Origin: an uncultured Desulfarculus sp.
GTDB taxonomy: Bacteria > Desulfobacterota > Desulfarculia > Desulfarculales > Desulfarculaceae
Length of the DNA: 64,000 bases
Direction: 5' to 3'
NCBI GenBank assembly: GCA_963665125.2
Contig: CAXXUK010000001.1
Span: 1,952,001 to 2,016,000, forward strand
Of this stretch, positions 39,210 to 49,075 are shown piece by piece. Position numbers and translations under genes: made by a program. Every line of letters begins with the position of its first letter. Position 1 is the first letter of the stretch. The notes beneath the pieces are model-generated. The model did not search any database and was not told the DNA's origin. It was given only the letters and a program-made list of their open reading frames with translations.

Positions 39210-41489
39210 TTAGGCATTGCCTGGCAGAAGGACCAGCGTTTTTACTTTGTTGCCCACGGCCTCGACGTGAGAGCCGAGCAGCGGTTCCTCCGCCGCTGAT
39301 GGCGGCAGGCCGGGGCCTTGAGTCATGAGGCCGGGATTGAGGACCCTGGCCGAATTGGCCAGGATTCCCGCCGTGTGGAAAATATGCAACAGCCCGGCGG
39401 CCACGGGTGACAACAGGCCCATGGCCCCCAGGGCCATGCCCACCAGGTTCGAGCCGGTGGCGATCCAGAAATTTTGGTGCACGATTTTCAGGGTGCGCTT
39501 GCTCAGATCGCGGACATAGGCCACTCCGGCCAGGTCGTCATTGACCAAGGCGATGTCCGCCGCCTCGATGGCCACCTCGGAACCGCCCGCGCCCATGGCG
39601 ATGCCCACGTCGGCCTCGGCCAGGGCCAGGGCGTCGTTGATGCCGTCGCCCACCATCAGGACCTTGTGCCCGGGGGCCCGCAGCTCGGCCAGGATACTGG
39701 CCTTGTCCCGGGGCATCACCGAGTAATGGCACTGCTCGATCCCCAGTTTTGCGGCCACCGCGCCGGCGGTGGCGGCTTCTTCTCCGGTGATCATCACCAC
39801 GCGGCTGACGCCGTCTGCGGTCAGATGATCGATAATGGGCCGGGCCTCAGGTCTGATGCGGTTGGCGAAACCCATGATGCCCAGCAATTCGTCTTCCAAG
39901 GCCAAAAAGGCCACCGTGAGTCCCTGGCCCTCCAGTTCCCTGGCGATTCCCCACGACTTGGCCAAGCCCACACCGTGGCGGTCCATGAATTTGCGGTTGC
40001 CCACGTGCACGGTTTTGCTGTTTATCCGGGCGGTCACGCCCTCGCCGAGTTGGTATTGGCACACCGCGTGGCTGCTGGGTTCAAGCCCGAGGTCGGCGGC
40101 CTCTTGCTTGATGGCCAAGGCCAGGGGGTGGAAGTTGTGCATCTCGGCCGTATAAGCGAGCTGGAATAATTCCTCGTCGGACAGATACGACAGGTTGACC
40201 AGGCGCTTCAGGGCCGGCTGGCTGTTGGTCAGGGTGCCGGTTTTGTCAAAGCAGACGGTGTCGGCCTCTCCGATCTCTTCCAGGTAGCGGCCGCCCTTGA
40301 TCAATATCTTGCGCCGGGCCGCGGCGTGAATGGCCGCGCTGATAGGGGCCGATGCCGATAGAACCGTGGCGCAGGGGCAGGCCATGACCAATAACACCGT
40401 GAAGGCCCGCCAAAAACTTCCCGTCAGCACCAGGGTGCCCAGGGTCAGCAGTCCGCCGAGCTTCAACAGCCGCATTGCCAGTTGATCGGCCACGCCCTGG
40501 ATCGGCGCCTGGTTTTCCAGGGCGTCTTCCACCATGTGGATCACCCGGGACAGATAGGTCGCGTCGCCGACCTTTCGGGCGCGCACGAAAATGACGCCCT
40601 CGCGCACCAAAGTGCCGGCCAGCACCGTATCGCCTTTTTGGCGCAGGATAAATTCCGCTCGCCCGTTGATTGGCGATTCATCGATCATGGCCCGGCCGCT
40701 GTCCACCACGCCGTCGATGGAAACTTTTTCGCCAGTGTGCAGCACCACCAGGTCGCCGGGCTGGACCTGCTCCACCGGCACCTCCACCTCCTTGCCGTCG
40801 ATGCTGATGAAGGTGTTTTTGGCGCTGACCTGGAGGATATCCGAAATGGCCCGCCGGGAGCGCTGGCCGATCCAGGCCGTCAGGAACTCGGCCCCGCTGT
40901 CGATCCACAGGATCTCCAGGGCGGTCAGGGCCTCGCCCATGGCCGTAGCGGTGATGATGCTCGCGGCCAGGAAGCCGTCAAGCCCGAAACGGCGCTCCCG
41001 GATGTCGGCGGCGGCTTTGCACAACAAGGGCAACGTGCCGGCGGCTGCAATGAGGCCCAACGGACTCAGCAGGGTCTGGCTCACGGCCAGCTTGAATAGG
41101 GACTTGCGCACAAAAACGGCGGCCATCACCGCGCTGAGCCCGGCGAAGCGGAGGCCGGCCCACCGGACATTGTTCCCGGTTTTTTCCGCCGCTGGCCCTT
41201 GCGGGAGTAGCGGGGCCGCCCCAGGCACGCGCCGGAGCGTCATGGCCAATTCGTCCAGCTTGGCGGCCAACTCGCCACGGGATGTTTTGGTCCGGGAATA
41301 GCCCACCGCCAGGCTGGCGCAGGCATGATTGGGTTTGACCCACAAAACGCCGTCAACGAGCATCAGGCGCTCTTGGAGCCTTTGGGCCAGGTCGGTGCGC
41401 CGGAGCAGGCAGGGCACGCGGAACCGCAAGCGCCCGTCCAAATAGTGTATCAATTTGATATTATTATATTTAGTTTCCATAAAACTCAT
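39210..41489 (-). CDS. Second P1B-type ATPase, FezH-like
   Basis: GRLRFR N-terminus, ACPCA, DKTGTLT, HP, GDGIND; A-domain reads NGR in place of TGE. Confidence 0.85.
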   Translation of the reverse strand: MSFMETKYNNIKLIHYLDGRLRFRVPCLLRRTDLAQRLQERLMLVDGVLWVKPNHACASLAVGYSRTKTSRGELAAKLDELAMTLRRVPGAAPLLPQGPAAEKTGNNVRWAGLRFAGLSAVMAAVFVRKSLFKLAVSQTLLSPLGLIAAAGTLPLLCKAAADIRERRFGLDGFLAASIITATAMGEALTALEILWIDSGAEFLTAWIGQRSRRAISDILQVSAKNTFISIDGKEVEVPVEQVQPGDLVVLHTGEKVSIDGVVDSGRAMIDESPINGRAEFILRQKGDTVLAGTLVREGVIFVRARKVGDATYLSRVIHMVEDALENQAPIQGVADQLAMRLLKLGGLLTLGTLVLTGSFWRAFTVLLVMACPCATVLSASAPISAAIHAAARRKILIKGGRYLEEIGEADTVCFDKTGTLTNSQPALKRLVNLSYLSDEELFQLAYTAEMHNFHPLALAIKQEAADLGLEPSSHAVCQYQLGEGVTARINSKTVHVGNRKFMDRHGVGLAKSWGIARELEGQGLTVAFLALEDELLGIMGFANRIRPEARPIIDHLTADGVSRVVMITGEEAATAGAVAAKLGIEQCHYSVMPRDKASILAELRAPGHKVLMVGDGINDALALAEADVGIAMGAGGSEVAIEAADIALVNDDLAGVAYVRDLSKRTLKIVHQNFWIATGSNLVGMALGAMGLLSPVAAGLLHIFHTAGILANSARVLNPGLMTQGPGLPPSAAEEPLLGSHVEAVGNKVKTLVLLPGNA

Positions 41490-41536
41490 GTCCGGAATCG
41501 CGCCCCCCCGGAAGGGGCCATTTTTTTCAGGTTTAA

Positions 41537-41567
41537 TTAGCCTAGTTTAACAATTAATGCAACCTAA
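41537..41567. promoter_or_regulatory. Tandem DtxR/IdeR-like boxes upstream of the fez-like operon
   Basis: TTAGCCTAGTTTAA (41537-41550) and TTAATGCAACCTAA (41554-41567). Confidence 0.55.
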
Positions 41568-41929
41568 AATATATTATTAATTAAAAAATATTAAATTACG
41601 CATCGTAGAGATGACAGGCTCCGCATCGATGGATAGCAAATAAGATTTTGATATAATTTAGTTATACTTGTACATGTTATAGTTCAAGAGACAACACTGG
41701 AACAGCTTGGACTTGGTTGGTCTGTATTTTTTAATACTTATATAATTAGGTGGATCTAAATATGGCTGGCGGCGGCGTCCCGCCCGCCGGGTGTTTCCGG
41801 CTGACCCGCTCCCGTTTTCAGACGACCCCGGCGGAACCGGAAAATTGTCGGAGGCCCGGGCGGCGATGCGCTGGACAATACGACCGGGCGGAGTCAAAGG
41901 CGGGGCGAACCGGCTTTGGCGCACGGGTT

Positions 41930-42559
41930 TTAAGGCGGGGTCGGCTCGGCGTTGCCGGCCGCCGGAGTCAGATCCAACACCGGGCAACCCAGATATTCCA
42001 GGGGCCTCATTTGATGGCTGACCAAAAGAACGGCCGCGCCTTTTTCCTCGGCCAGATTGCCGATCAGCCCGGCCAGGGTTTCCTGCCATTGCCGGTCGAG
42101 AAAGGCGAAAGGTTCGTCCATGAGCAGCAAACGGGGGCCCACGGAAAGGCCGCGGGCTATGCCCAACCTGCGCCGCATGCCTCCGCTGAGTTCCGCGGGC
42201 TTCTTGTGAGCCGAATCGGCCAGGCCCAGGCAGTCCAGCCAGTGCATGGCCCGCCTGGAGGCCCGGCGCGGCTCCATCGCGGTCTCCAGAACCAACTCCA
42301 GATTTTGCCGGGCATTCAGCCAGGGCACAAGGGCGTCATCCTGAAAGGTGTAGGCCATGCCCAGGCGCTGGGCCGATATCTCTCCGCTGTCCGGCTTGAG
42401 CAGGCCGGCCGCCAGCTCCAGAATGGTGCTCTTGCCTATCCCTGAAGGGCCAAAGAGACAAACGACCTGGCCGAATCCGAGACTCAGATCGAAATCCTTG
42501 ACGATTGATCTGCCGCCCAGGCTCTTGCACACGTCTTTCATCTCAAGAGCGTTTGCCAT
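41930..42559 (-). CDS. ABC transporter ATP-binding protein (NitT/TauT type)
   Basis: GPSGIGKS, FQD..L.PW, LSGGM, LLMDEPF, VSH. Confidence 0.92.
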   Translation of the reverse strand: MANALEMKDVCKSLGGRSIVKDFDLSLGFGQVVCLFGPSGIGKSTILELAAGLLKPDSGEISAQRLGMAYTFQDDALVPWLNARQNLELVLETAMEPRRASRRAMHWLDCLGLADSAHKKPAELSGGMRRRLGIARGLSVGPRLLLMDEPFAFLDRQWQETLAGLIGNLAEEKGAAVLLVSHQMRPLEYLGCPVLDLTPAAGNAEPTPP

Positions 42560-43301
42560 TTCTCTGCTCCGCTTGGCGCCGCAACGGCTGGATGATCCAG
42601 ACTTCCAAGGCCAGGCCCAAAAGGACAAGGATCAATGCCCAGGCAAACATCCGGGGCATCTCCAGCATGCGGTAAGACCAGTAAATACGAGACCCGATAC
42701 CATTGGGCGCGCCGAAAAACTCGGCCACGGCCGTCACCTTCCAGCAGATGCCCACCACGAACGACAGTGAAGCCAACAAAAACGGATACAGTCCCGGTAA
42801 AACGATCTTGGTGAGTGTTCGCCATCGGCCCAGATCATAAACCTTGGCCATATCCAACAGCCTTTGGTCGATAGCTGCCACACCTTGGGCCACATTGGCG
42901 AAAAGCGGCGGCAGAAGAGAGGCGAATACAACCCCCAAAGGCACGGCATCCCCGGAACCCACCCACACCATGAGCAGGCTGATCCACAACACAGGGGGGC
43001 AGGATTGCAGGGCCGCCACCAGCGGGGCGACCAGACCCATGGCCTTTTTGCTGAGTCCGGCCGGTATTCCCAGCAGCAAGGCGGCGGCCAAACTGATCAG
43101 CAGGCCGGCCATGCCCCGGAACAGGGTGGCGGCTATGTTTTTCCAGGCCTCGATATCGCCCAAAATCTCCAGCAGAGCGCCAAAAGTGCGTCCGGGAGAC
43201 GGCGCAAGGGCCTGGCCAAAGCAAAGGGTGGCAAGCCACCAAACCGCCAACAGGATCAGGCCGGAGCAGGCATATGGCCCTATTTTTCGCAATACGGCCA
43301 A
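42543..43301 (-). CDS. ABC transporter permease (NitT/TauT type)
   Basis: P.P, PP..W, EAA-like loop LLDMAKVY, VAEFFG..GIG. Confidence 0.9.
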   Translation of the reverse strand: MAVLRKIGPYACSGLILLAVWWLATLCFGQALAPSPGRTFGALLEILGDIEAWKNIAATLFRGMAGLLISLAAALLLGIPAGLSKKAMGLVAPLVAALQSCPPVLWISLLMVWVGSGDAVPLGVVFASLLPPLFANVAQGVAAIDQRLLDMAKVYDLGRWRTLTKIVLPGLYPFLLASLSFVVGICWKVTAVAEFFGAPNGIGSRIYWSYRMLEMPRMFAWALILVLLGLALEVWIIQPLRRQAEQRNGKRS

Positions 43302-44293
43302 AGAAACTTATCTCCTAAAACAAGTTCACCGCTGTTGCCGACCGACGGAGGATAAACCATGGCCAGAAACCGGGCGATTTCGCCTTTGACCGCGCAGGCG
43401 GGCTCAACGAGGATCAAATCTCTTTTCAGGGATTCTCGCACCATTTGTTGGGAAACAAACTTGCCAAACGATTGAGGCAGGGCCGCAATGCCCGCCTCGG
43501 GATCTTGGGCCAGTTCCCGGCCGGTTTCGGCCAGGACATCTGTCAGCTTGTCGGCAAGCCCCGGATACTTTTGGGCGGTGCGGCTATTGATGGCCAACCC
43601 GGCCAGGGGGACGCGGGCCTCGCCGCCGCTCAGGCGTCCGTATTCTGATTCCAGGCTCTGAACCACCCGCAGGCCGGGGACCTTGTGCAACAGGACCGTT
43701 ACCATAGGCTCGGGCACCAGGGCCGAGTCAAGCTTGCCCTGCATAAAGGACAGGGCCAACTGTTTGGGCTCGAAACCCACCAAATCCACCGGTTGCAGGT
43801 CCTTGGGCCACAACGCCTTCAGAATTGGCGCGGCCGGAGACCCCACCGGAGTCATGGCCAGCTCCCGCCCGGCAAAATCGGCCAAGCCCTTGCATTGGCT
43901 GTCCCGGGACACCAGATAGATCTTGCGCCAGCCGGTGACCACCAAAACACTGACCGGTGCGCCGTGGCGGGCGGCCTGGGCAAAGCCTTCCAAGTGGCCA
44001 AGCCAGAGATCGCCCTTGCCCGCCAGGACCACCCCACGCAGGTCGTCAACGTCCTTCCACTGGCGCACATCCAGGTTGCAAACACCCTTTAATTTGCCTT
44101 GATCCACGGCGGCCCACAGGGGCAGTTGCGGGGTTGTGGCCAGTCCGGTGGTGTAAAAGACCAGGGTCGGAACGTCCGGGTTGTCGCCGGTCAGAAGGGC
44201 CTGCCGGTCCGAACCGTTAAACATTTCAAAGCCCCCCCAGGCCAGCAGGGCCAGGGCCAGGACAACGGTTATGGTCAAATGAAGCTGCTTCAT
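43280..44293 (-). CDS. ABC substrate-binding protein (SsuA/NMT1-like)
   Basis: N-terminal membrane anchor; ALVPEP; adjacent to permease and ATPase. Confidence 0.85.
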   Translation of the reverse strand: MKQLHLTITVVLALALLAWGGFEMFNGSDRQALLTGDNPDVPTLVFYTTGLATTPQLPLWAAVDQGKLKGVCNLDVRQWKDVDDLRGVVLAGKGDLWLGHLEGFAQAARHGAPVSVLVVTGWRKIYLVSRDSQCKGLADFAGRELAMTPVGSPAAPILKALWPKDLQPVDLVGFEPKQLALSFMQGKLDSALVPEPMVTVLLHKVPGLRVVQSLESEYGRLSGGEARVPLAGLAINSRTAQKYPGLADKLTDVLAETGRELAQDPEAGIAALPQSFGKFVSQQMVRESLKRDLILVEPACAVKGEIARFLAMVYPPSVGNSGELVLGDKFLWPYCEK

Positions 44294-44308
44294 CGGGCAA
44301 AGCCTTGT

Positions 44309-44347
44309 CCAGGTCCGGACGCCGCTTCCAGCGGCGCCCGGACCTGG
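44309..44347 (-). other. 18-bp intercistronic stem-loop after the TonB receptor gene
   Basis: CCAGGTCCGGGCGCCGCT-GGA-AGCGGCGTCCGGACCTGG on the minus strand; the single mismatch is a G-U pair on this strand. Confidence 0.7.
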
Positions 44348-44355
44348 CGTGAAAA

Positions 44356-46413
44356 TCAGAAGCTGATGGTGTAGCTGGCCAGAAGCGACAGGCCGGGCTC
44401 CTTGAGCTCGAACCCGCGGCTGGTGGCCAGGAAGTTGTGGTAGTCCTCGTCAAGCAGGTTGTCGGCGCCCACCATGATCTCGTGGTCGGTGTGGGCCAGT
44501 TTGAATTTATAGCCCACCCTGGCGTTGAAGGTGTTCCAGGCGTCGCTGGTCTCCACTCCCTCGGGCACCTCATCCTGGGCCGCGGCCCAGTTGAACTCCA
44601 GGCGGGCCCAGAATCCGCACTTGTGGTCCCAGCGCAGGCCCAAAAGGCCGCCCAAAGGCGCAATGTAGGGGAGGTCTTCGTCCAGCGAGGTGTCTTCACC
44701 GCGGCAGTAGGCCATGTTGCCATAGGCCAGAAATCCCAGGGGCAAGGCAACGTCAGCGCTGAGTTCGGCGCCGTAAATGCGGGCCTCGCCCACGTTTTCA
44801 TAGGTCACCGTGGTGGGATTGACCAGCGTTTCGGTGATCAGGTCGCGCAGGAAGTTTGCATAAACGCTTGCCCCGGCCTTGATGCCGCTCTTGTTGTAGT
44901 GCAGGCCGTATTCCAGGAATATGCTGCGTTCGGGGTCCAGCTCCGGGTTGCCTACCTTGGTTTGGCCGCCGCCCAGCTCAATATAGGAGAACAGCTCCTC
45001 CATGCTGGCCACGCGGTAGGCGCTGGCAACCAGGAAGGTCATGGACCAGTCCGGGACAAAGTCCCAGGTCAAACCGGCATGCACATTCCAGGATGCGTCG
45101 TTACTGGTCTTATCCTCCAGCAATACCGGGTTTGCCGCCTTGGGGTTGGGAGGCGTCAGGTATTTGCGGTGCTCGTCATTATGCACCGAGATGTAGTCCA
45201 CCCGGCCACCCAGGTTCAGCTTGAAGCCGCCGCCCAACAGCCAGTCGTCTTCAGCGTAAACGCCGCCGGAAAAATAGTCCGCCTTGGGCAAGGGCTCATC
45301 GATAAACCAGACGCCGGTTTTCAATATCTTGCGCCGGTGGGATTCCAAGCCCCAGTTCCAGACATCAACACCGGCCACGATCGTATGGACTTCACATTCA
45401 AAGATATTACGCCAACCCAGGCCGTATGTTTCGTGGTCCGCCGACGGAGTTAATTCCTTCAAGGGCAAGGACGCGGGAAAATCGTCAATGCGCACCCTGC
45501 GGTCTATGGTCTGGTAATAAAGGTTCAAGGCCGAAGACTTAAAAACCTCGCCCTTGGGCGCGTATTCGTGGGTCAGTTGAACAAGGGTGCGGCTGGTGCG
45601 GGGATAAGTGACATCAGCGGCCGTGGGCATTGGGGCCACACCGGTGCCGGGAATGCCTATGTCTTCGCCTTCCAGGTGTTGGACCTGAAATCTGCTGCTG
45701 TTGGCTTGGTTCCATTTGTAGCCCAAGGCGAACTTGCCCTGGTAGTCGCGGTACTGGCTGTTGGTGATTTCATCTCCGGCGCCGTCTTTGTAGCTTTCGT
45801 GGTCCCGGTAGGAGCCGCTGCCGTAGACCCAGACATCCGGGCTGTTGTACGAGGCATTGGCGTAGGTGTTGAAGCCTTCCGGGTTGCTGGTGTAGGTGCC
45901 GTTGACCAGGCCGTGCCATTGGGGCTCGGCCGTGAACGAACCGAACTTGGTGATAACGTTGACCACGCCGCCGATGGAGCCCGAACCGTACAAGGCGCTG
46001 ATGGGGCCCTTGAGCACCTCCACCCGCTCGATGTCCATGGGCGAGATGGAGCCGAACTGCATGTTCATCTGGGTGGCCGTGTTCACCCGGCAGCCGTCAA
46101 TATTAAAGACCACCGAACCCCGGCCAAGGCCCCGGATATTGATGGCCGAGCCCCAGGCGGAATCAGACCATTTGTAAACGCCGGGCAACCTGTCGAGCAC
46201 GTCTGTAATGGAAATGGCTTGGTCAATGGAGATCTCCCGGGCGTCCACCACGCCAACACCGCCGGGAATCTGGTCGGCGGGCGTGTCAACACCCCGGACC
46301 GATACAACCGTATCATCCAGTTTGACTGATTTGTCGGCCTCAACGGCTGCGGCGGGCCCGGCCCACAGGCCAGCCAAGGCAATCAGGCAAACCAGAGCTT
46401 TATATAGTTTCAT
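44356..46413 (-). CDS. TonB-dependent outer-membrane receptor
   Basis: Signal peptide, TonB box LDDTVVS, IERVEVLKGP.SALYG...GGVVNVIT, NPEL.PE, terminal Phe. Confidence 0.93.
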   Translation of the reverse strand: MKLYKALVCLIALAGLWAGPAAAVEADKSVKLDDTVVSVRGVDTPADQIPGGVGVVDAREISIDQAISITDVLDRLPGVYKWSDSAWGSAINIRGLGRGSVVFNIDGCRVNTATQMNMQFGSISPMDIERVEVLKGPISALYGSGSIGGVVNVITKFGSFTAEPQWHGLVNGTYTSNPEGFNTYANASYNSPDVWVYGSGSYRDHESYKDGAGDEITNSQYRDYQGKFALGYKWNQANSSRFQVQHLEGEDIGIPGTGVAPMPTAADVTYPRTSRTLVQLTHEYAPKGEVFKSSALNLYYQTIDRRVRIDDFPASLPLKELTPSADHETYGLGWRNIFECEVHTIVAGVDVWNWGLESHRRKILKTGVWFIDEPLPKADYFSGGVYAEDDWLLGGGFKLNLGGRVDYISVHNDEHRKYLTPPNPKAANPVLLEDKTSNDASWNVHAGLTWDFVPDWSMTFLVASAYRVASMEELFSYIELGGGQTKVGNPELDPERSIFLEYGLHYNKSGIKAGASVYANFLRDLITETLVNPTTVTYENVGEARIYGAELSADVALPLGFLAYGNMAYCRGEDTSLDEDLPYIAPLGGLLGLRWDHKCGFWARLEFNWAAAQDEVPEGVETSDAWNTFNARVGYKFKLAHTDHEIMVGADNLLDEDYHNFLATSRGFELKEPGLSLLASYTISF

Positions 46414-46487
46414 GACTCTCCCCAAATTGAATGGTTCGTAGTAGGCCGCTGATCAGGGGCTTATAAACTTATGCGGAGTTGCCTGGT

Positions 46488-47354
46488 TCAGGCGGCTTGT
46501 TGCCCCAAACGGAGCAATTGATCCCAACCAGGCCAAAGCAACCTGTTGGGTGGCTGGGCCTCCGGCGGCAGCTCGGCGTCCTCCCGAATCGGTACAAGCA
46601 CACCTGAACGGCCAAGGAAATCCTGAAATTCCTCGCTGAATAAATAGTCCAGAGCCCTCAGGGCATCTTCCCCAGCGTCTTTTCTGAGTATGCTGACAAT
46701 GGGAATGGCCACTGCGCCCTCCGCCGGCCAGACCATTGACGCCCCGGCGTTGCGGAAGGTGCGGCCAAAAGCCGGGATCACCAACCCGGCCAGGAACTGC
46801 CCTTCATCCACGGCCTTGTTAATGTCCAGAGGGTACATTTCGGCCTTGAAGGCCTTGGCCGCAGCCAAGCCCTCATCACCGTACAACCCGCATAAAAAGG
46901 CCTTGGACAGGGCGGGCATGGGTGTGTCATGGGGCGGGCAAACGACCTTGCCGTACAGCTCGGGACTGCACAAATCCCGCCACGATTTTGGCGGCGGTTG
47001 CAGGCTCTTGTGGTGAATAAAAACCAGCGGCACGTACGCCACGACCTTGATAAACGGATTCGGTTCGGCCAGGCCCTGTTCGGCAAGCTGTGATCTCATT
47101 GGCGGCAAATGGTCCGGCATGGGCCGGAACAAGCCGCACGTTTCAATGTTTTTGTCCGGCGCCATGACCGCCGGATAAGCCGTGACCGTCAGGTCGTGGG
47201 TCAGGTAAGGCGTTCCAAAGTCCTCGGCAAAATACTGGTCCAGTTCGCCGTGGGTGTTATGGGGAACAAGTTCAAGGTCCGGCAGGAGGCTCTCCAGGTC
47301 GGAAGTGGCCTTGCGCACCACATTGGGCGGCAAAACAATAAACGCGCTGCTCAT
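46488..47354 (-). CDS. Periplasmic-binding-fold protein with no evident signal peptide
   Basis: PKSW.DL..P...GK, VWP.EGA..IP, LFSEEFQ (SBP_bac_6/8-like); N-terminus not signal-like; ATGA overlap. Confidence 0.75.
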   Translation of the reverse strand: MSSAFIVLPPNVVRKATSDLESLLPDLELVPHNTHGELDQYFAEDFGTPYLTHDLTVTAYPAVMAPDKNIETCGLFRPMPDHLPPMRSQLAEQGLAEPNPFIKVVAYVPLVFIHHKSLQPPPKSWRDLCSPELYGKVVCPPHDTPMPALSKAFLCGLYGDEGLAAAKAFKAEMYPLDINKAVDEGQFLAGLVIPAFGRTFRNAGASMVWPAEGAVAIPIVSILRKDAGEDALRALDYLFSEEFQDFLGRSGVLVPIREDAELPPEAQPPNRLLWPGWDQLLRLGQQAA

Positions 47355-48139
47355 AAGCTGAACTCCTCGGCCTTGAGTTGCAGGCCCCGGCGCAGGTTGT
47401 CCCGGGCCATGTCGAGCATGCCGTCCACCTGACGCAGGCCCTTCAGACACTGGTCCTCATCGGCGTTGGTCTCGAACAACCGGAGCATGGCCCCGCCGCC
47501 CATGACCAGGCGCTTTTGGGCCATCAGGATCAGGACCGGATCGTGAGTGGCTATAAGGAGAGGCTTGTTGCTGGCGGAGAGGACTGACAGCGCCTTGAAC
47601 TTGTCCAGGCCGGCGTTTTCAATCTCGTCGATGAGCATGATCGGGGCGTCGCTGATAAAGGCGATGTCGGCGATCATCAGCGCCCGGGATTGACCGCCGC
47701 TTAGCACCTGCAATTGGTCGTCCATGGAGATGGATTCGCCGCACAGCTCATTGGCGGCGTCCAGGGTCATGCGCGGCGCGTCGGCGTTGATGTTGCCCCG
47801 GCTTTGGGCATGGAGTTCCAAGAATTGGCCAACCCTGCCATCCATGACAAAGTTGTTTTTCTGGCTCAGGTGGGCCACCAGGCCGCTGCCGTCGCTGCCG
47901 GCATTTTTTCCGTTGACCAACACCGTGCGCCGGGTGATGGTGTCGCCGTCGGCCATTTGCTGGATGTCGTAAAGCAGTTCACTTTTTCCTGAGCCGGTGG
48001 GGCCTATAACGGCCACGGACTGGCCAGGCTTAACGTTCAGGCTGGTGACCGGCTCGGGTCCGCCCTGTTTGTCGCTTCCAGATAATACTGTTAAAACAGC
48101 ATTTTGTGAGTCTTGCTGGTTTTTATCGCTAGTTGACAT
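47351..48139 (-). CDS. Soluble ABC-type ATPase
   Basis: GPTGSGKS, LSGGQSRALMIAD, LIDEIENAG, ATHDP. Confidence 0.88.
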   Translation of the reverse strand: MSTSDKNQQDSQNAVLTVLSGSDKQGGPEPVTSLNVKPGQSVAVIGPTGSGKSELLYDIQQMADGDTITRRTVLVNGKNAGSDGSGLVAHLSQKNNFVMDGRVGQFLELHAQSRGNINADAPRMTLDAANELCGESISMDDQLQVLSGGQSRALMIADIAFISDAPIMLIDEIENAGLDKFKALSVLSASNKPLLIATHDPVLILMAQKRLVMGGGAMLRLFETNADEDQCLKGLRQVDGMLDMARDNLRRGLQLKAEEFSL

Positions 48140-48827
48140 TTATCTTCACCACATTTCCCGATTGGTACTGAAGGCCCACTCTTGTCTCGCCCGTGCAGTA
48201 GGAGCAGATCGATGCTGGCATTGAATAGCGCAGACTGCGCTCGGTGAGCTGATCCACTTCACCACTGTCATCGAGCAACCGTTTGAGCGGCAATGATCCA
48301 TTGCCGGTGAGTCCATTGACATGCAGTACTTTTGCCCGGGGATTGACCAGCTTGATCCTATGACTGAAGACCTCCTTTTCAGCCTGGGAAACCAAGTCGC
48401 CCTTGGTAATGGCCACGAAATCGGCCAAAAACAGGGCCGGACCCATTTTTTCCGGAGTATCCAGGCCGCTGAGGTTGTCGATTATGGTCAAAGCCGGAAC
48501 GCCCTGGATATGCGGGGCGCAGCGGAAGCACAAGCCCGCCGTCTCAATGAACAAAACGTCGGCCATCTGGTTGGCGCCCCACTGAAGAACTTCTTCCAAG
48601 TTTGAGACATAGTAATGGTCAGGGCAAACATAGTCGCTGATGCCGGCTATGGCCGGGATTCCCAATTTTTGGGCATAGGCCCTGTCGTCCCTTGTGCTCA
48701 GGGCGTCAAATTTAACCGCGGCCACCTTTACGCCAGATGCCAGGTATAGCCGGGCCACATGGCTGATAACCGCTGTCTTGCCTGCGCTGGGGGGGCCGGC
48801 CACTGTAATGATCTTCACTTGAAGCAC
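48129..48827 (-). CDS. HypB/UreG/CobW-family (G3E) GTP-binding protein
   Basis: GPPSAGKT, CPDH, ETAGLC.RC.P, TKGD, C-terminal CSYC.G; GTG start. Confidence 0.87.
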   Translation of the reverse strand: MLQVKIITVAGPPSAGKTAVISHVARLYLASGVKVAAVKFDALSTRDDRAYAQKLGIPAIAGISDYVCPDHYYVSNLEEVLQWGANQMADVLFIETAGLCFRCAPHIQGVPALTIIDNLSGLDTPEKMGPALFLADFVAITKGDLVSQAEKEVFSHRIKLVNPRAKVLHVNGLTGNGSLPLKRLLDDSGEVDQLTERSLRYSMPASICSYCTGETRVGLQYQSGNVVKINVN

Positions 48828-48904
48828 CTTGTTTAGAGTGTCGTCTGCTACGACGTATTCATGAACGCCAGGCCAAAGGTGGTCCGGCAGTCGCTAGCGT
48901 TAGT

Positions 48905-49075
48905 ATTGGTAGACTATTTTAAATTTAATATCAATATATTTTTAGTTATACCTAATTTTAATTGTAAAATAATTATAATTTAAGTAAGTTGTCTTAAATT
49001 AGAATAGGTATAGTCAGCTTATGCAATATATTAATAAAGTCTAATTAATTTAATATTTTAGAACTTTATTATATT
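48905..49075. promoter_or_regulatory. Very AT-rich promoter with several TTAG-N6-CTAA-like boxes
   Basis: Perfect TTAGTTATACCTAA at 48942-48955; variants at 48909, 48984, 48999, 49031. Confidence 0.6.

Noticed and set aside
46414..46487. Cobalamin riboswitch before the TonB receptor
   Set aside because: Spacer too short and lacks B12-box motifs
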